A stretch of 64,000 nucleotides of DNA from Balneolales bacterium (GCA_007134845.1 SLKA01000041.1:56695-120694); one strand, 5' to 3'. Numbered from the stretch's first letter, positions 38,408 through 48,763 are shown. Numbers and translations: made by a program. Notes: generated by a model from the letters alone, not told the origin.

Positions 38408-39478
38408 ATGACGTCAGTTTCTTCATCATCCACCCGCACCTTAATACTATTTCTGGCGGCGATCTTTTTTGTGACGGTATCCTGCACCCGTTCGATTGTG
38501 TACATAAACCAGGAACCCGGAACAGGTGATTATCTGACCGGTTATCCTATCGGCAATACGGCTCCGCATCTTGAGAAGATGCACCAATCCGTAAAAAGGA
38601 TCACCAGCACATCGTATTATGAGACTTTTATTTTTGATCAGCAGAGTTATGTTTTGCCCTCACATATAGATACAGTGTCATCGGTCGAATCCCTGGCCGA
38701 ACTGGTGATTCACAATCACACCACATCCTCCGGAACAGCGGTAGTAATACACAACAAAGACAATCTTGTAGGAATGGTTACCGCCCGACATGTAATCACA
38801 TCACCCGATACCTTGTTCGAATACCGGGAGGAAGGCCAGCCCTATCTTCAAAGTGTCACTATAAAGAGCAATCAGGTAAACTGGCTTTTTGACGCACCCT
38901 ATATTGGAAATTTCGAAGTACTTGCACACGATGCAAGTGCTGACCTGGCTGTTATCGGAACCAGAATTGATCCGGACAAGCTTGATATTTCCATCCGGGA
39001 GCAATTCCCTGTATTTCCCCACCCCTTCGGCCGTCCGGAAAAACTCCGGATCGGTACATTTACATACAGTCTCGGGTATCCAAGAGGGTATCCCATGGTC
39101 ACCACAGCGATTGTCAGTCAGACAAACCGTGATCGCCACCACTCCTTTGTAACGGATGCGCTTTTCAATCCCGGTTTCAGTGGAGGAGTCGTTGTGGCCA
39201 TTAATGGCGGTATTCCGGCATTTGAGTGGATCGGACTTGCTCGATCCACATCAGCATCACGTGAATGGTTTGTGGTGCCTGACGAAGAGACGGCATCGGA
39301 ACATATAGCCCGTCGCCCCTTCCATGGTGAGCTTTTTCTCGATCAAAAGGCGTTGATTCATTATGGCATTACACATGTCATTTCCAGCACCCAAATCAAG
39401 AAGATGCTTGAAGATAACGCCATTAATCTGCTGGCCAGGGGGTACAATATTCTTCCACTGATTCAGGACGGCAATTAA
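38408..39478 (+). CDS. trypsin-like (S1 family) serine peptidase lipoprotein, no PDZ domain
   Basis: 356 aa with signal and lipobox-like VTVSC. Catalytic triad candidates: His in VTARHVITS, Asp in SADLAVIG, Ser in NPGFSGGVV. Confidence 0.65.
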   Translation: MTSVSSSSTRTLILFLAAIFFVTVSCTRSIVYINQEPGTGDYLTGYPIGNTAPHLEKMHQSVKRITSTSYYETFIFDQQSYVLPSHIDTVSSVESLAELVIHNHTTSSGTAVVIHNKDNLVGMVTARHVITSPDTLFEYREEGQPYLQSVTIKSNQVNWLFDAPYIGNFEVLAHDASADLAVIGTRIDPDKLDISIREQFPVFPHPFGRPEKLRIGTFTYSLGYPRGYPMVTTAIVSQTNRDRHHSFVTDALFNPGFSGGVVVAINGGIPAFEWIGLARSTSASREWFVVPDEETASEHIARRPFHGELFLDQKALIHYGITHVISSTQIKKMLEDNAINLLARGYNILPLIQDGN

Positions 39479-39563
39479 ACAGCAATCCGGACAACCCAAT
39501 CCATGTGAAGATCCCGGAATGTATGACCTCAGCCAGACAAGTTGGTGCCGGCTGCCGGGAGTG

Positions 39564-41396
39564 TCAGCGAAACATCGCCTGCAGCTCCTCCACCGTCAGT
39601 GACCGGACAGTGCGCTTTCCCAACGGATCATGAAAAGGATTTTCACAAGAAAAGAGCTGATCAACCAAAGCTTCCATCTCTTCTTCCGTTAGTTTTTTTC
39701 CTCTGGGAATAGCGGCCCTGTTTGCAATTGCCAGAGCAACACGCTCCTTTTCACTCAGTGAAACCGACTTCGACATTATTTTGTACTGTTCCATGATCGA
39801 TTCCAGAACATGCTGCTCATTCTCCAGCCGGATATCGGATGGCACTCCCAGAATCATGGCGGAATTTCCACTCAGAAGCTGCACGTTGAAACCCATCCGG
39901 GTGATCACCGGGTTGAGCTCTTTCAACAGGCTGAACTCGGTTGCTGAAAAGTTGATCGTTTTTGGAAAAAGCAGCTGCTGAGTGCTTGGCAGACCGCTTT
40001 CTGCCTCATTCAGCACCTTTTCATAAATTATGCGCTTGTGGGCGGCATGCTGATCCATGATGAACATGCCATTTCTGGTCTGAGATATAATAAACTGATT
40101 GTGAATTTGATTGAAGCTGCTTTCAGATTTCAGATTTTTTGATATACTGTGATCGTCAAGCCGGGATGAAGCGGGAGCATCCTCAGAGGCAAACCGGTCG
40201 GTTTCATAGAGCCTGGACGCCGAATCAAATGGAACTATATTACCTGGTTTTTGTAAATTATGATTATAAAATTCACGATCCTTTCCTTCATAAATTGCAG
40301 AATGACGGAAACCATCTTTAAATCGTTGCTGATAGGATTTTCTTTCTGATGGGGCATCGATCCCGCCGGGATCCCAAAAAGGCACACGCATATGGTCGTT
40401 CAGTGTTTTCTTGACAACAGACCGGGTAAAAGTGGAAATCGTGCGTTCGTCCTCAAATTTGATCTCCTGTTTTGTGGGATGGACGTTGACGTCTACGGCC
40501 TCCGGATCAACTTCAAAAAACAAAGCATAAAAGGGATACTCGTTGGGCTGCAGCCAGTCGCGATATATTTCCTGGATGATGTAGTTGAGATGTCGATGAA
40601 AAAAGGGACGTTTGTTTATAAACAGAAACTGTTCCCCTCTGGTTTTTTTTGCAAGCTTGGGATCCGAAAGCAATCCCTGCATTCGCACCATACTTGTTGA
40701 TTCGGCCAAGGGTATCAGACTGGCCTTATAAGATTTTCCGAACAGGTCAGCAATCCGTGACTCGAGGCTTCCGGGATGCAACCGATAGATGATTTCCCCG
40801 TCTGCATCCAGATCAAAAGCAATTTCCGGCCAGGCAATGGCAGCCTGATGCAAGACCAGCAGGATGTGGCGGAACTCTGTCGCATCGGTTTTCAGAAAAG
40901 CGCGCCTGGCAGGCACGTTATAAAAAAGATTGCGGACACTAACGGTGGTGCCGTTATCCGATGCTGCGGGACGCAGGCCGATTTCATCTCCTCCACGCAC
41001 CTCGTATTCCACACCCGATTCATCCTCAACCCGCTTGGTTGTAACTGTAACCTGTGCAACCGAGGCGATAGAGGCCATCGCCTCTCCACGAAAACCGAGG
41101 GTTCGAATATTTTGCAGATCTTCCACCCTGGACAGTTTCGATGTGGCATGTCGCTGAAAGCAGAGGCTTATATCCTTCTCTGACATCCCGCAGCCGCTAT
41201 CACGCACCTGGACCAGGGTTCTTCCGGCATTCTGGATCATCAGGCTGATATGATCGGCACCCGCATCAATGGCATTGTCAAGCAGCTCTTTTACAACCGA
41301 TGCCGGTCTCTGCACCACCTCCCCTGCAGCTATTTTATTAGAGACTTCCTGCGGAAGTATTTTGATTATGGAAGAGTTATCGCCTGATGTTGCCAA
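39564..41396 (-). CDS. mutL: DNA mismatch repair protein MutL
   Basis: 610 aa. GHKL ATPase N-terminus (NKIAAGEVVQRPASVVKELLDNAIDAGA, GFRGEAMASI) and a C-terminal dimerisation domain. Apparent TTG start. Confidence 0.93.
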   Translation of the reverse strand: MATSGDNSSIIKILPQEVSNKIAAGEVVQRPASVVKELLDNAIDAGADHISLMIQNAGRTLVQVRDSGCGMSEKDISLCFQRHATSKLSRVEDLQNIRTLGFRGEAMASIASVAQVTVTTKRVEDESGVEYEVRGGDEIGLRPAASDNGTTVSVRNLFYNVPARRAFLKTDATEFRHILLVLHQAAIAWPEIAFDLDADGEIIYRLHPGSLESRIADLFGKSYKASLIPLAESTSMVRMQGLLSDPKLAKKTRGEQFLFINKRPFFHRHLNYIIQEIYRDWLQPNEYPFYALFFEVDPEAVDVNVHPTKQEIKFEDERTISTFTRSVVKKTLNDHMRVPFWDPGGIDAPSERKSYQQRFKDGFRHSAIYEGKDREFYNHNLQKPGNIVPFDSASRLYETDRFASEDAPASSRLDDHSISKNLKSESSFNQIHNQFIISQTRNGMFIMDQHAAHKRIIYEKVLNEAESGLPSTQQLLFPKTINFSATEFSLLKELNPVITRMGFNVQLLSGNSAMILGVPSDIRLENEQHVLESIMEQYKIMSKSVSLSEKERVALAIANRAAIPRGKKLTEEEMEALVDQLFSCENPFHDPLGKRTVRSLTVEELQAMFR

Positions 41397-41508
41397 AATA
41401 GGATATTACTACTGAAAGTAGGAGACTAGTTACGGGTTTTCGCTTTTCGCTTTCAACATTTGACAGGATGGATCTTAGTCCGGATTTGCCGGTTTTCCAA
41501 TTGCGGTG

Positions 41509-41694
41509 TCAGGTTATGATCCACAAGATCAGGAACAATAGCAGTGCGTAAAGCAGAATGGATCCTCCGGTTCCGCGTCGTGTCAGTCTGCGGAATTTTA
41601 TGCTGTCTGGTCGCATTGGTTTCGGCTTGTGGTACCGGTACTGATAATTGAATCGCTTGTGCTGGGGTCTTCTGCCCATCAAAGGTGATAGCAT
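41509..41694 (-). CDS. possible small basic tail-anchored membrane peptide (speculative)
   Basis: 61-aa ORF with a very basic N-terminal two-thirds and a single C-terminal hydrophobic helix (ILLYALLLFLILWII). It overlaps a 109-aa ORF in another frame, and neither is supported by homology I can recognise. Confidence 0.15.
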   Translation of the reverse strand: MLSPLMGRRPQHKRFNYQYRYHKPKPMRPDSIKFRRLTRRGTGGSILLYALLLFLILWIIT

Positions 41695-41921
41695 ATTCAG
41701 GCTCAGGTTCTATGGATCGGGTTACAAATCGGTTGCAGCATATAAACGGCAATATGCGCCAGATTATTCCACTACAAGACAAACCGGCGTTACATCCCGT
41801 GCAGTACCAATGTTATCAATATACTAATATTCACTGGCAACTGGTATCATGAACACGTCCGAATTTGTTGCCGCTGCCCGTTGCTCATAAAAGATAGTCC
41901 AGTAGTTATCATTAAGTTTTT

Positions 41922-41929
41922 TATCTTTG
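41922..41929 (+). promoter_or_regulatory. Bacteroidetes-type -7 promoter element TATCTTTG upstream of icd
   Basis: Exact TAnnTTTG match about 60 nt upstream of the icd ATG. The octamer is identical to the one at 34006-34013. Confidence 0.3.
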
Positions 41930-41989
41930 TATGCCTTGCAAATATAAACAAGACACGATAACCAGACTGTACCATAAGTGAATCATATT

Positions 41990-43240
41990 ATGAAATTTGA
42001 GAAAATTGTAACACCAGCTGACGGAAAACAAATTACTTTAAAGAATGACGGTACTATTGACGTACCCGACAATCCCATTATTCCCTTCATAGAAGGCGAC
42101 GGGATCGGCGCGGATATCTCTCCGGTAATGAAAAAGGTGGTGGATACCGCCGTCAAAATGGCCTACTCGGGAAATAAGAAAATATCATGGATGGAGATTT
42201 ATGCGGGAGAAAAGTCTCTGGATTTTTACGGTGACAATACCTGGCTTCCCGACGATACACTTGAGGCCATAAAGGCTTTCCGCGTTGCAATTAAAGGGCC
42301 GCTGACCACGCCGGTAGGTGAAGGAATACGCAGCCTTAATGTAGCCCTTCGGCAGCTTCTAGACCTGTACGCCTGCGTGCGTCCCGTTCGCTACTACAAG
42401 GGAACACCAAGTCCGGTGAAGCAGCCCGAACTGACCGATATGGTCATCTTCCGTGAAAACACGGAGGATATTTATGCCGGCATAGAATATCAGAACGGAA
42501 CACCCGAAGCGGATAAGATCAAAAAGTTTCTTATTGAAGAAATGAAGGCTACCAATATCCGGTTCCCTGACAGTTCTTCCATTGGCATCAAGCCTGTCTC
42601 GGAAGAAGGCAGCAAGCGCCTGATCCGATCCGCCATTGAATATGCCATCGAGCATGGCCGCAAGAGTGTTACCTTGGTTCACAAAGGCAACATCATGAAA
42701 TTTACAGAAGGCAGTTTTAAAAACTGGGGATACGAACTCGCCAAAGAGGAGTACGATGCAAAAGAGATCGACGGTGGCCCATGGTGTGAGCTTCCCAACG
42801 GGATTGTAATCAAGGATGTGATTGCGGACGCATTCCTTCAGCAGATTCTTACACGTCCAGCTGAATATGAAGTGATAGCTACGCTAAACCTGAATGGCGA
42901 CTATATATCGGATGCGCTGGCAGCATGTGTGGGCGGTATAGGGATCGCTCCGGGAGCGAATATCAACTACCAGAGTGGATTTGCACTATTCGAAGCTACC
43001 CATGGCACTGCGCCAAAATATGCAGGTAAGGATATGGTTAACCCGGGCTCGCTCATTCTATCCGCGGTCATGATGCTGGATCATCTGGGCTGGTCGGATG
43101 CTGCACGACTTATAGAAAACGGCTTGGAAAAGGCCATCAGCAGGAAGCAGGTTACCTATGATTTCGAACGGCAGATGGAGGGTGCGACCCTACTCAAAAC
43201 ATCGGAATTCGGTGACAAGATCATTGAATATATGAGCTGA
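41990..43240 (+). CDS. icd: NADP-dependent isocitrate dehydrogenase (homodimeric type)
   Basis: About 416 aa. [18 protein letters not shown] and GTAPKYAG motifs. ATG at 41990 is preferred over GTG at 41978. Confidence 0.95.
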   Translation: MKFEKIVTPADGKQITLKNDGTIDVPDNPIIPFIEGDGIGADISPVMKKVVDTAVKMAYSGNKKISWMEIYAGEKSLDFYGDNTWLPDDTLEAIKAFRVAIKGPLTTPVGEGIRSLNVALRQLLDLYACVRPVRYYKGTPSPVKQPELTDMVIFRENTEDIYAGIEYQNGTPEADKIKKFLIEEMKATNIRFPDSSSIGIKPVSEEGSKRLIRSAIEYAIEHGRKSVTLVHKGNIMKFTEGSFKNWGYELAKEEYDAKEIDGGPWCELPNGIVIKDVIADAFLQQILTRPAEYEVIATLNLNGDYISDALAACVGGIGIAPGANINYQSGFALFEATHGTAPKYAGKDMVNPGSLILSAVMMLDHLGWSDAARLIENGLEKAISRKQVTYDFERQMEGATLLKTSEFGDKIIEYMS

Positions 43241-43285
43241 TTCCATTTCTCCCATATTTCAGCGGCATTTTCCCGGATACTCCAG

Positions 43286-43873
43286 TTATTGCTCAATAGC
43301 ATCACGAATTTCCCGGGACAGTGCCGCTTTTTCATAGGCATGCCTGATATAGCAGCGAACCTGACCGTTCGTCTCAAAATAAAAAGTCTCTACTGTGAAT
43401 GGAATCGAGGCAAACAGCTCGTCATCTTCCAGTGTGAGCATTTTGATTACATCCTGTTCAGACTGACCATCGGCACGGCTGCCGGCTTCTGAGGACAAGG
43501 CATCAGATCCCTTATCTTCCAGGATGGTGTAAATCAAGTTGGTAAATGCCGTTTTCTTATGTTCATTCACAGCGATTTCAGCAATAGATCTGGCATCAGC
43601 TGAAACTGATGATACAGCGGTTCCGGTAATGACAACAGAATCACTTGTTACTTGTACAGGGTGGTTTGGATCATGCCATGACGGTATTTCCGCAACTTCA
43701 ATCACAGGCTCCTCTTCCACTTCCGGAGTTTCGGCAACCATCACCAGCTCCTCTTCTTCATCGGAGAACAGCCCGGAAAGTGGTCCGCATGAAGTAAAAA
43801 AAAACAGGCAGAGGATCAAGTTAAGGCTGACGCAGAGGATGTTTTTGGACATAATGGAGAGGTTGCAGTTCAT
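43286..43873 (-). CDS. hypothetical acidic lipoprotein
   Basis: 195 aa. Signal peptide with FFTSC lipobox, followed by a Glu-rich linker. Immediately downstream of htrA on the same strand. Confidence 0.5.
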   Translation of the reverse strand: MNCNLSIMSKNILCVSLNLILCLFFFTSCGPLSGLFSDEEEELVMVAETPEVEEEPVIEVAEIPSWHDPNHPVQVTSDSVVITGTAVSSVSADARSIAEIAVNEHKKTAFTNLIYTILEDKGSDALSSEAGSRADGQSEQDVIKMLTLEDDELFASIPFTVETFYFETNGQVRCYIRHAYEKAALSREIRDAIEQ

Positions 43874-43889
43874 ACCAGGTTTCCACTCT

Positions 43890-43921
43890 GATTATTGAAG
43901 TCGTTGATTATTGAAGTCGTT
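43890..43921. repeat. perfect 16-bp tandem duplication (GATTATTGAAGTCGTT x2) spanning the htrA stop codon
   Basis: Read directly. On the minus strand the first copy encodes the last residues of HtrA (..QRLQ*), and the second copy lies just after the stop. Confidence 0.95.
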
Positions 43922-45455
43922 GTATTATAAGTGATTCGGTGCCGGTGTTGCGCTGAACGCGAACAGTGATCTTCTCATGATTCTTTCGTTTATCCCACTC
44001 TGCTGCAAATTCACCTATGGATTCAACCGGCTCATTTTCCAGATGAGTGACGATATCCTCTGGCTGTAATCCGGCCTGTTCTGCTGCGCTTCCCGCCTGC
44101 ACCCGTATCACCACAAGCTCATATCTGGGCAGGTCTTCAAGCACGGCCAATTCCGCAAGGGTGAAGCCGTCATCAAATGATTTCTGAGGAACACCGGTTT
44201 CCGAATCATCATCAAATTCCATTCTTTCCGGAGGCTGCGGCACTGTGGCATCGGCCCATTCCCGGATGGCATCATCATCAAGACCAAACAGAGGAAAGCT
44301 AAGTGTGATTTCATTCTTGTTGCGCCACACATCCAGCACGACCTCATCGCCGGGACGCATCAGGGCAATGCGTTCCTGAAGCCGGTTGGCGGCGTCGACG
44401 GGATATTCGTTAACACTGAGAATGACGTCTCCCCTTTTAAGGCCACCGAGATCACCGCTGCCCTGAGGTACTATATTGCGAACCTCAACACCACTGACGC
44501 GACTGAGACCGAAACGACGGGCCTGGTCATAATCAACAGAGGATATCTCCACACCCAGAAAAGCGCGTTGCACCGTTCCATATTCAATCATATCCTGCCC
44601 GATTTTCATTGCCATATTGACAGGCACAGCGAAACCGTATCCCTGGTAACTGCCACTTTCTGAAGCAATGGCGGTGTTGATCCCGATCAGTTCCCCCATC
44701 GTATTGACCAAAGCACCGCCGCTGTTTCCCCTGTTTATGGCGGCATCGGTTTGAATGAAACTCTCAATGCGCATCCGGTCCATGATGATATCGACATCTC
44801 GTCCGATTGCACTTACAATCCCGGCAGTAACGGTTGATCTCAGGCGAAACGGGTTGCCGACCGCCATGACCCAATCGCCAACATTCACATTATCGGAATT
44901 TCCAATTACAATTGGCTGGGTGTTGCTGGTTTCAATTTTGATTACGGCAAGATCTGTCGACGGATCACTTCCCACAACCCTGGCCTTGTATTGCTTTCGG
45001 TCATGGGTGAGAACCAGAATTTGTTTCCCGGCCCCTTCGATTACATGGTGATTTGTGAGGATATGCCCGTCATTTGAGATAAGCACTCCGGAACCAATGC
45101 TTTGAGCACGCCTTCGCGGCAGAAAACGATCCCAGAACTGATTTTCAAAGCGGTGGTCCTCATCATCCGGAACAGCCTGCTGCATCGCGATCTCCGTTTC
45201 AATATAGACCACTGCTGGGATGACACGCCGGGCAATATCACTGAAGACATGAGATGGGTTGAATATGCGCATTTCCGAATCCATGTCGCGAGAGACCGAT
45301 TCAGAAGATTCGGAGCTGCGAGTGATATCGGTATAGCGTACCTGCACACGTTCCGGTGGAATCCAGGAGCCCCGCATGGTCATGAGCAACACACCCAGCA
45401 GCATGCCTGTCAGCAGAATCAGAAGCGCAGTAAGAAGTTTTTGATGGAGAGGCAT
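43908..45455 (-). CDS. periplasmic serine endoprotease, HtrA/DegP/DegQ family (two PDZ domains)
   Basis: 515 aa. Catalytic His (TNHHV), Asp (DLAVIK) and Ser (GNSGGALV), followed by two PDZ-like segments. Confidence 0.9.
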   Translation of the reverse strand: MPLHQKLLTALLILLTGMLLGVLLMTMRGSWIPPERVQVRYTDITRSSESSESVSRDMDSEMRIFNPSHVFSDIARRVIPAVVYIETEIAMQQAVPDDEDHRFENQFWDRFLPRRRAQSIGSGVLISNDGHILTNHHVIEGAGKQILVLTHDRKQYKARVVGSDPSTDLAVIKIETSNTQPIVIGNSDNVNVGDWVMAVGNPFRLRSTVTAGIVSAIGRDVDIIMDRMRIESFIQTDAAINRGNSGGALVNTMGELIGINTAIASESGSYQGYGFAVPVNMAMKIGQDMIEYGTVQRAFLGVEISSVDYDQARRFGLSRVSGVEVRNIVPQGSGDLGGLKRGDVILSVNEYPVDAANRLQERIALMRPGDEVVLDVWRNKNEITLSFPLFGLDDDAIREWADATVPQPPERMEFDDDSETGVPQKSFDDGFTLAELAVLEDLPRYELVVIRVQAGSAAEQAGLQPEDIVTHLENEPVESIGEFAAEWDKRKNHEKITVRVQRNTGTESLIIQRLQ

Positions 45456-45467
45456 ACAGTATCAGAA

Positions 45468-46235
45468 TCAGAGTATTTGTTCAAATATGGCATCGGATCT
45501 TCTACCCTTCATGCCATCCAGGTGGAACTGGAAATAGGCATCCAGATGATGGATCAGGTTCCGTATTTCGTCAGCTGGAAAACTGACTGTCAGCAGCCGG
45601 GCTTTTTTCCCTTCAGCAATATAACGCAGATAATCCCCCTGGGATTTTGTGAGTCCCAAAGACAATCCGTTATCAGCTTTAAAGGCAATGGTCCCATTTT
45701 CCACGTTCAGATAACACTCATATTGCGAATCGTGTTCATTTTCCCTGACCAGGGATTCTTCATGCTGCTCAATTTGCTGCCACGCAATCCCGATTCCCGC
45801 CAATTGTGCCAGGCGAAACTGAATGTAGGGAAAAAGATATCTTGGATTGGATTCTGTTGCATGCAGCCAGCCCAGAAACTCATTCAGAAACACAGATATT
45901 TCCGGCATGGGTTCGTATTCATGGCACAGCTGGTCGCACAACTCCAACGTTGCCAAACCTATCGCCATTTTTTCCATTTGCTGGTTGATGCGCCACGTCG
46001 GCCTGTTCTGTGTGATATCACTCAGATTCTGAACTTCTCTTGTTGACTTATAGTAGTAGGTTACATCCAGTAAGGCGCCCGGATGAAGGAGTCCACCGAA
46101 TTTATTCTTGTTGCGCCTCGCCCCCCGAGCCATGACTGGTATTTTTCCATGCTTTTCGGAAAGCAGACTTACAATAAGACTGCTTTCACTAAATTGAATT
46201 GTCTTCAGGACAATGGCGGAGGTGTCGATGATCAT
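45468..46235 (-). CDS. recO: DNA repair protein RecO
   Basis: 255 aa. N-terminal OB-fold pattern (IVLKTIQFSESSLIVSLLSEKHGKIPVMARGARR) typical of RecO. Confidence 0.8.
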   Translation of the reverse strand: MIIDTSAIVLKTIQFSESSLIVSLLSEKHGKIPVMARGARRNKNKFGGLLHPGALLDVTYYYKSTREVQNLSDITQNRPTWRINQQMEKMAIGLATLELCDQLCHEYEPMPEISVFLNEFLGWLHATESNPRYLFPYIQFRLAQLAGIGIAWQQIEQHEESLVRENEHDSQYECYLNVENGTIAFKADNGLSLGLTKSQGDYLRYIAEGKKARLLTVSFPADEIRNLIHHLDAYFQFHLDGMKGRRSDAIFEQIL

Positions 46236-46246
46236 ATCACTTGAAC

Positions 46247-48763
46247 TCAGAATCTGATCCAGCCTTTGTTCTCAAGCAGCTGAACCAATGCCGGCAGGTA
46301 GGTAAGCGCGGATAACAGAGTCAGACCAATTCCAACCACGGCAAGAATTCCAATGGACGTCAATCCGGGATGATTTGTGAGCAGCAGTCCTGCGAAGCCC
46401 ATCATGGTCGTGAATGAGCCAATGGTGATGTGCTGGCCGGTGCTTTTCAGCACTGCTGACATGCTTTTTTTGCCCTCTTCCCGATAGCGGCTGGCAAGAT
46501 GCACGCCATTGTCATTACCTATGCCGAGAATAGCGGGCAGAACAACCAGGTTGTACATATTGAATGACAGGCCCATAAGCATCATTGCTCCAAATGTCCA
46601 GCTCAAGCCGATTAGCAGCGGCAGCATGGCGACAATGGACCACCGAAGCGAACGAAAACCGATATTCACAAGTATGAATATCATAATGAATGTTGCAGCG
46701 ACCATGTAGGGACTTTCAGCCCTCATGAGTTCAAGCATCTCGGCTGCCACAATGGAGGTGCTGGCGGCCTGATAGGTTCGTCCATCATCAATTTGGACCA
46801 CTCCAATCTCGTTCTTGAAGGCGATGGAATTTCGGCCGTCCGAGAGGCCTACAGCAGGATAAATCATGACAAATCGTCCGATTTCACCATCGCGAGTAAG
46901 AAATCTGTTTTTCAAGAACTCGGGCACATCTTCCATCATGAGGGGTTCGGATACATGGGATGCACGCTTCAGGATATCGACATATTCGCCTTCGACATCC
47001 TCCATGAAAGGATCTTCAAGGAGTTTTCGTATGTGAGCGATTTTGGCGAGCTTGATCTCCTCCTCCGCTCTGCTTACAGGGAATCGCTCCTGGAGAGCTT
47101 CCACGGCAAGTATCGTGGTTTCGGGATTGCTTCTTTTTTTCTCGCGGATTGTCTCAAGAATGAGCCGGACCTCTTCGTCAGTGTCGGCAAGAATGTAAGC
47201 GGGATTCCTTCGCCCTCTGGCCTGATCGATATCACCCCGGAGATCCCTGTACTCTTCATATCGTGGAAATTCGGGTTCGAGTTCTCCGAAATTGTACTCG
47301 AAGTAGAGCTTGTCTGTGTTGAAAAGAACTACTCCAACGATTATCGTACCGATAATAAAGATGCTGCGGGCATAAGGAAACGGAGTCGTCTTTCCGGATT
47401 CCGCATGGTCAGGGTACAGGTTTTTATTTATTAAAATCAGCTGGTACCGCTCAAAAACAACAATGATAGAAGGCAGGATGAACAGCATGGAAAGGTACGC
47501 AAGTACGATGCCTGTTCCCGAGATGAAGCCGAACTCCGAAAAACCACGAAAATCTGCTATAACAAGGACAAACAGAGCTACAGCAGTGGTTGTGGCACTG
47601 GTCATGATGGCTGCCCCGGTGCTGTCATAGGTATGGAGAAGCGCGTTTCTCACATTATCTCCGGCGGATCGCTTCTCCAGATATCGGGCATAGAAGTGAA
47701 TTCCGTAGTCAATACCCAATCCGAAAAGGATCACAAAAAGCACCGATGTCATAGTATTCAGTGTACCGAAAACAAAATAGGCGATAGCAAAAGTAAAGCA
47801 CAGACTCACCAGCAGAGGTATCCCAATCACCAGGATGGGCACGGGAAAGCGAATCAGATGATCCCAAAGTGTGCGGGTACGGTGACGGTGATGTCCGCGC
47901 CGGTAATTTACAATCAGCTTGATAAGAAAATAGATACCCACCAGAAGTATAACACCGGTGATTCCCGACCCAAAACTGGTGACGACGTCCCGGACGATAG
48001 AGTCCAGCTCCATAAGATGCCGCTCAAGCCGCCCTCCTGCCAGGGCTACCATTTCTGGATGATAGGCAGACGGCTCCATTTCAATGATCAGATCCTGAAA
48101 TGCATTGAACAGGTCACGGATGTAGGTAAGGTCGCTTTGAGAGCCGGTAGGAAAGAAACTGAGCACCAGGCTTGAGCTGTCCTGGTTTACAGGATATTCA
48201 GAAGGAACAAGCTCATGGTACATATTCTCAAACTCTTTGAGGCGTTCCTCCCCCTCATCATCCTCTTCGTCATCAAAATCGTCTTCAAAATCAATAAAAA
48301 AAGGATTGGCCTCTAGACGCGCCTGTTCAAGCCGGTCTTCCAAAAACTCAATGACCTGGTCAATTTCGTTCTCTGTTGATAAATACAGGGCATAATTTTT
48401 CAGCACTTCCACATCACGGCGATATTCGTACCGGTTGACAAATTTGTCCTCCGTACGCGTATCGAATAATTCCATCGCCCTCGGGATGAAATCCTCCGCG
48501 AACGCCTTGTTTGCCTCAAAGTCCGGTGAGTTGATGGTAACCTCGAGCGCGGTTTCCCCGCCGACCGAGTCACGCAGCCGCTCGAGGGCCTGAACACTAT
48601 CGTAATCATCGGGCAGCAGGCTTGCCAAATCGGTATCAATAACCAGTTTTGTTGCATAGTACCCTGCTCCAGCAGCCAATAAAACAGAGATCAGAAGAAC
48701 GGCAAATGGATAGCGATAGTTGAACTGAATGAGGGGTCTGAGCAGAGCGAGTATGGTTCTCAT
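46247..48763 (-). CDS. MMPL/RND-superfamily lipid transporter (HpnN-like architecture)
   Basis: About 838 aa. Two six-helix bundles, each preceded by a large soluble loop. Duplicated GLGIDYGIHF / GIGNDNGVHL motifs are characteristic of MMPL/SSD transporters. ATG at 48763; the ORF opens at TTG 48769. Confidence 0.8.
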   Translation of the reverse strand: MRTILALLRPLIQFNYRYPFAVLLISVLLAAGAGYYATKLVIDTDLASLLPDDYDSVQALERLRDSVGGETALEVTINSPDFEANKAFAEDFIPRAMELFDTRTEDKFVNRYEYRRDVEVLKNYALYLSTENEIDQVIEFLEDRLEQARLEANPFFIDFEDDFDDEEDDEGEERLKEFENMYHELVPSEYPVNQDSSSLVLSFFPTGSQSDLTYIRDLFNAFQDLIIEMEPSAYHPEMVALAGGRLERHLMELDSIVRDVVTSFGSGITGVILLVGIYFLIKLIVNYRRGHHRHRTRTLWDHLIRFPVPILVIGIPLLVSLCFTFAIAYFVFGTLNTMTSVLFVILFGLGIDYGIHFYARYLEKRSAGDNVRNALLHTYDSTGAAIMTSATTTAVALFVLVIADFRGFSEFGFISGTGIVLAYLSMLFILPSIIVVFERYQLILINKNLYPDHAESGKTTPFPYARSIFIIGTIIVGVVLFNTDKLYFEYNFGELEPEFPRYEEYRDLRGDIDQARGRRNPAYILADTDEEVRLILETIREKKRSNPETTILAVEALQERFPVSRAEEEIKLAKIAHIRKLLEDPFMEDVEGEYVDILKRASHVSEPLMMEDVPEFLKNRFLTRDGEIGRFVMIYPAVGLSDGRNSIAFKNEIGVVQIDDGRTYQAASTSIVAAEMLELMRAESPYMVAATFIMIFILVNIGFRSLRWSIVAMLPLLIGLSWTFGAMMLMGLSFNMYNLVVLPAILGIGNDNGVHLASRYREEGKKSMSAVLKSTGQHITIGSFTTMMGFAGLLLTNHPGLTSIGILAVVGIGLTLLSALTYLPALVQLLENKGWIRF

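Noticed and set aside
34306-39478. UvrD-family helicase plus neighbouring helical-repeat protein and protease as an anti-phage defence system
   Set aside because: The helicase is on the opposite strand and divergent from the other two genes. It has ordinary SF1 housekeeping motifs and size. The two neighbours carry export signals and so are envelope proteins. No nuclease, methylase, ATPase-partner or other defence hallmark is present.
41453-41782. 109-aa minus-strand ORF in the mutL-icd gap as a real gene
   Set aside because: It has a TTG start, no recognisable motif, signal or domain, and it overlaps another equally unsupported ORF. It is mentioned only within the finding on the unexplained intergenic region.
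45102-46046. 314-aa ORF antisense to htrA and recO
   Set aside because: It spans the junction of two well-supported minus-strand genes, which have the HtrA catalytic triad and the RecO OB-fold. Its translation looks like noise. Shadow ORF.
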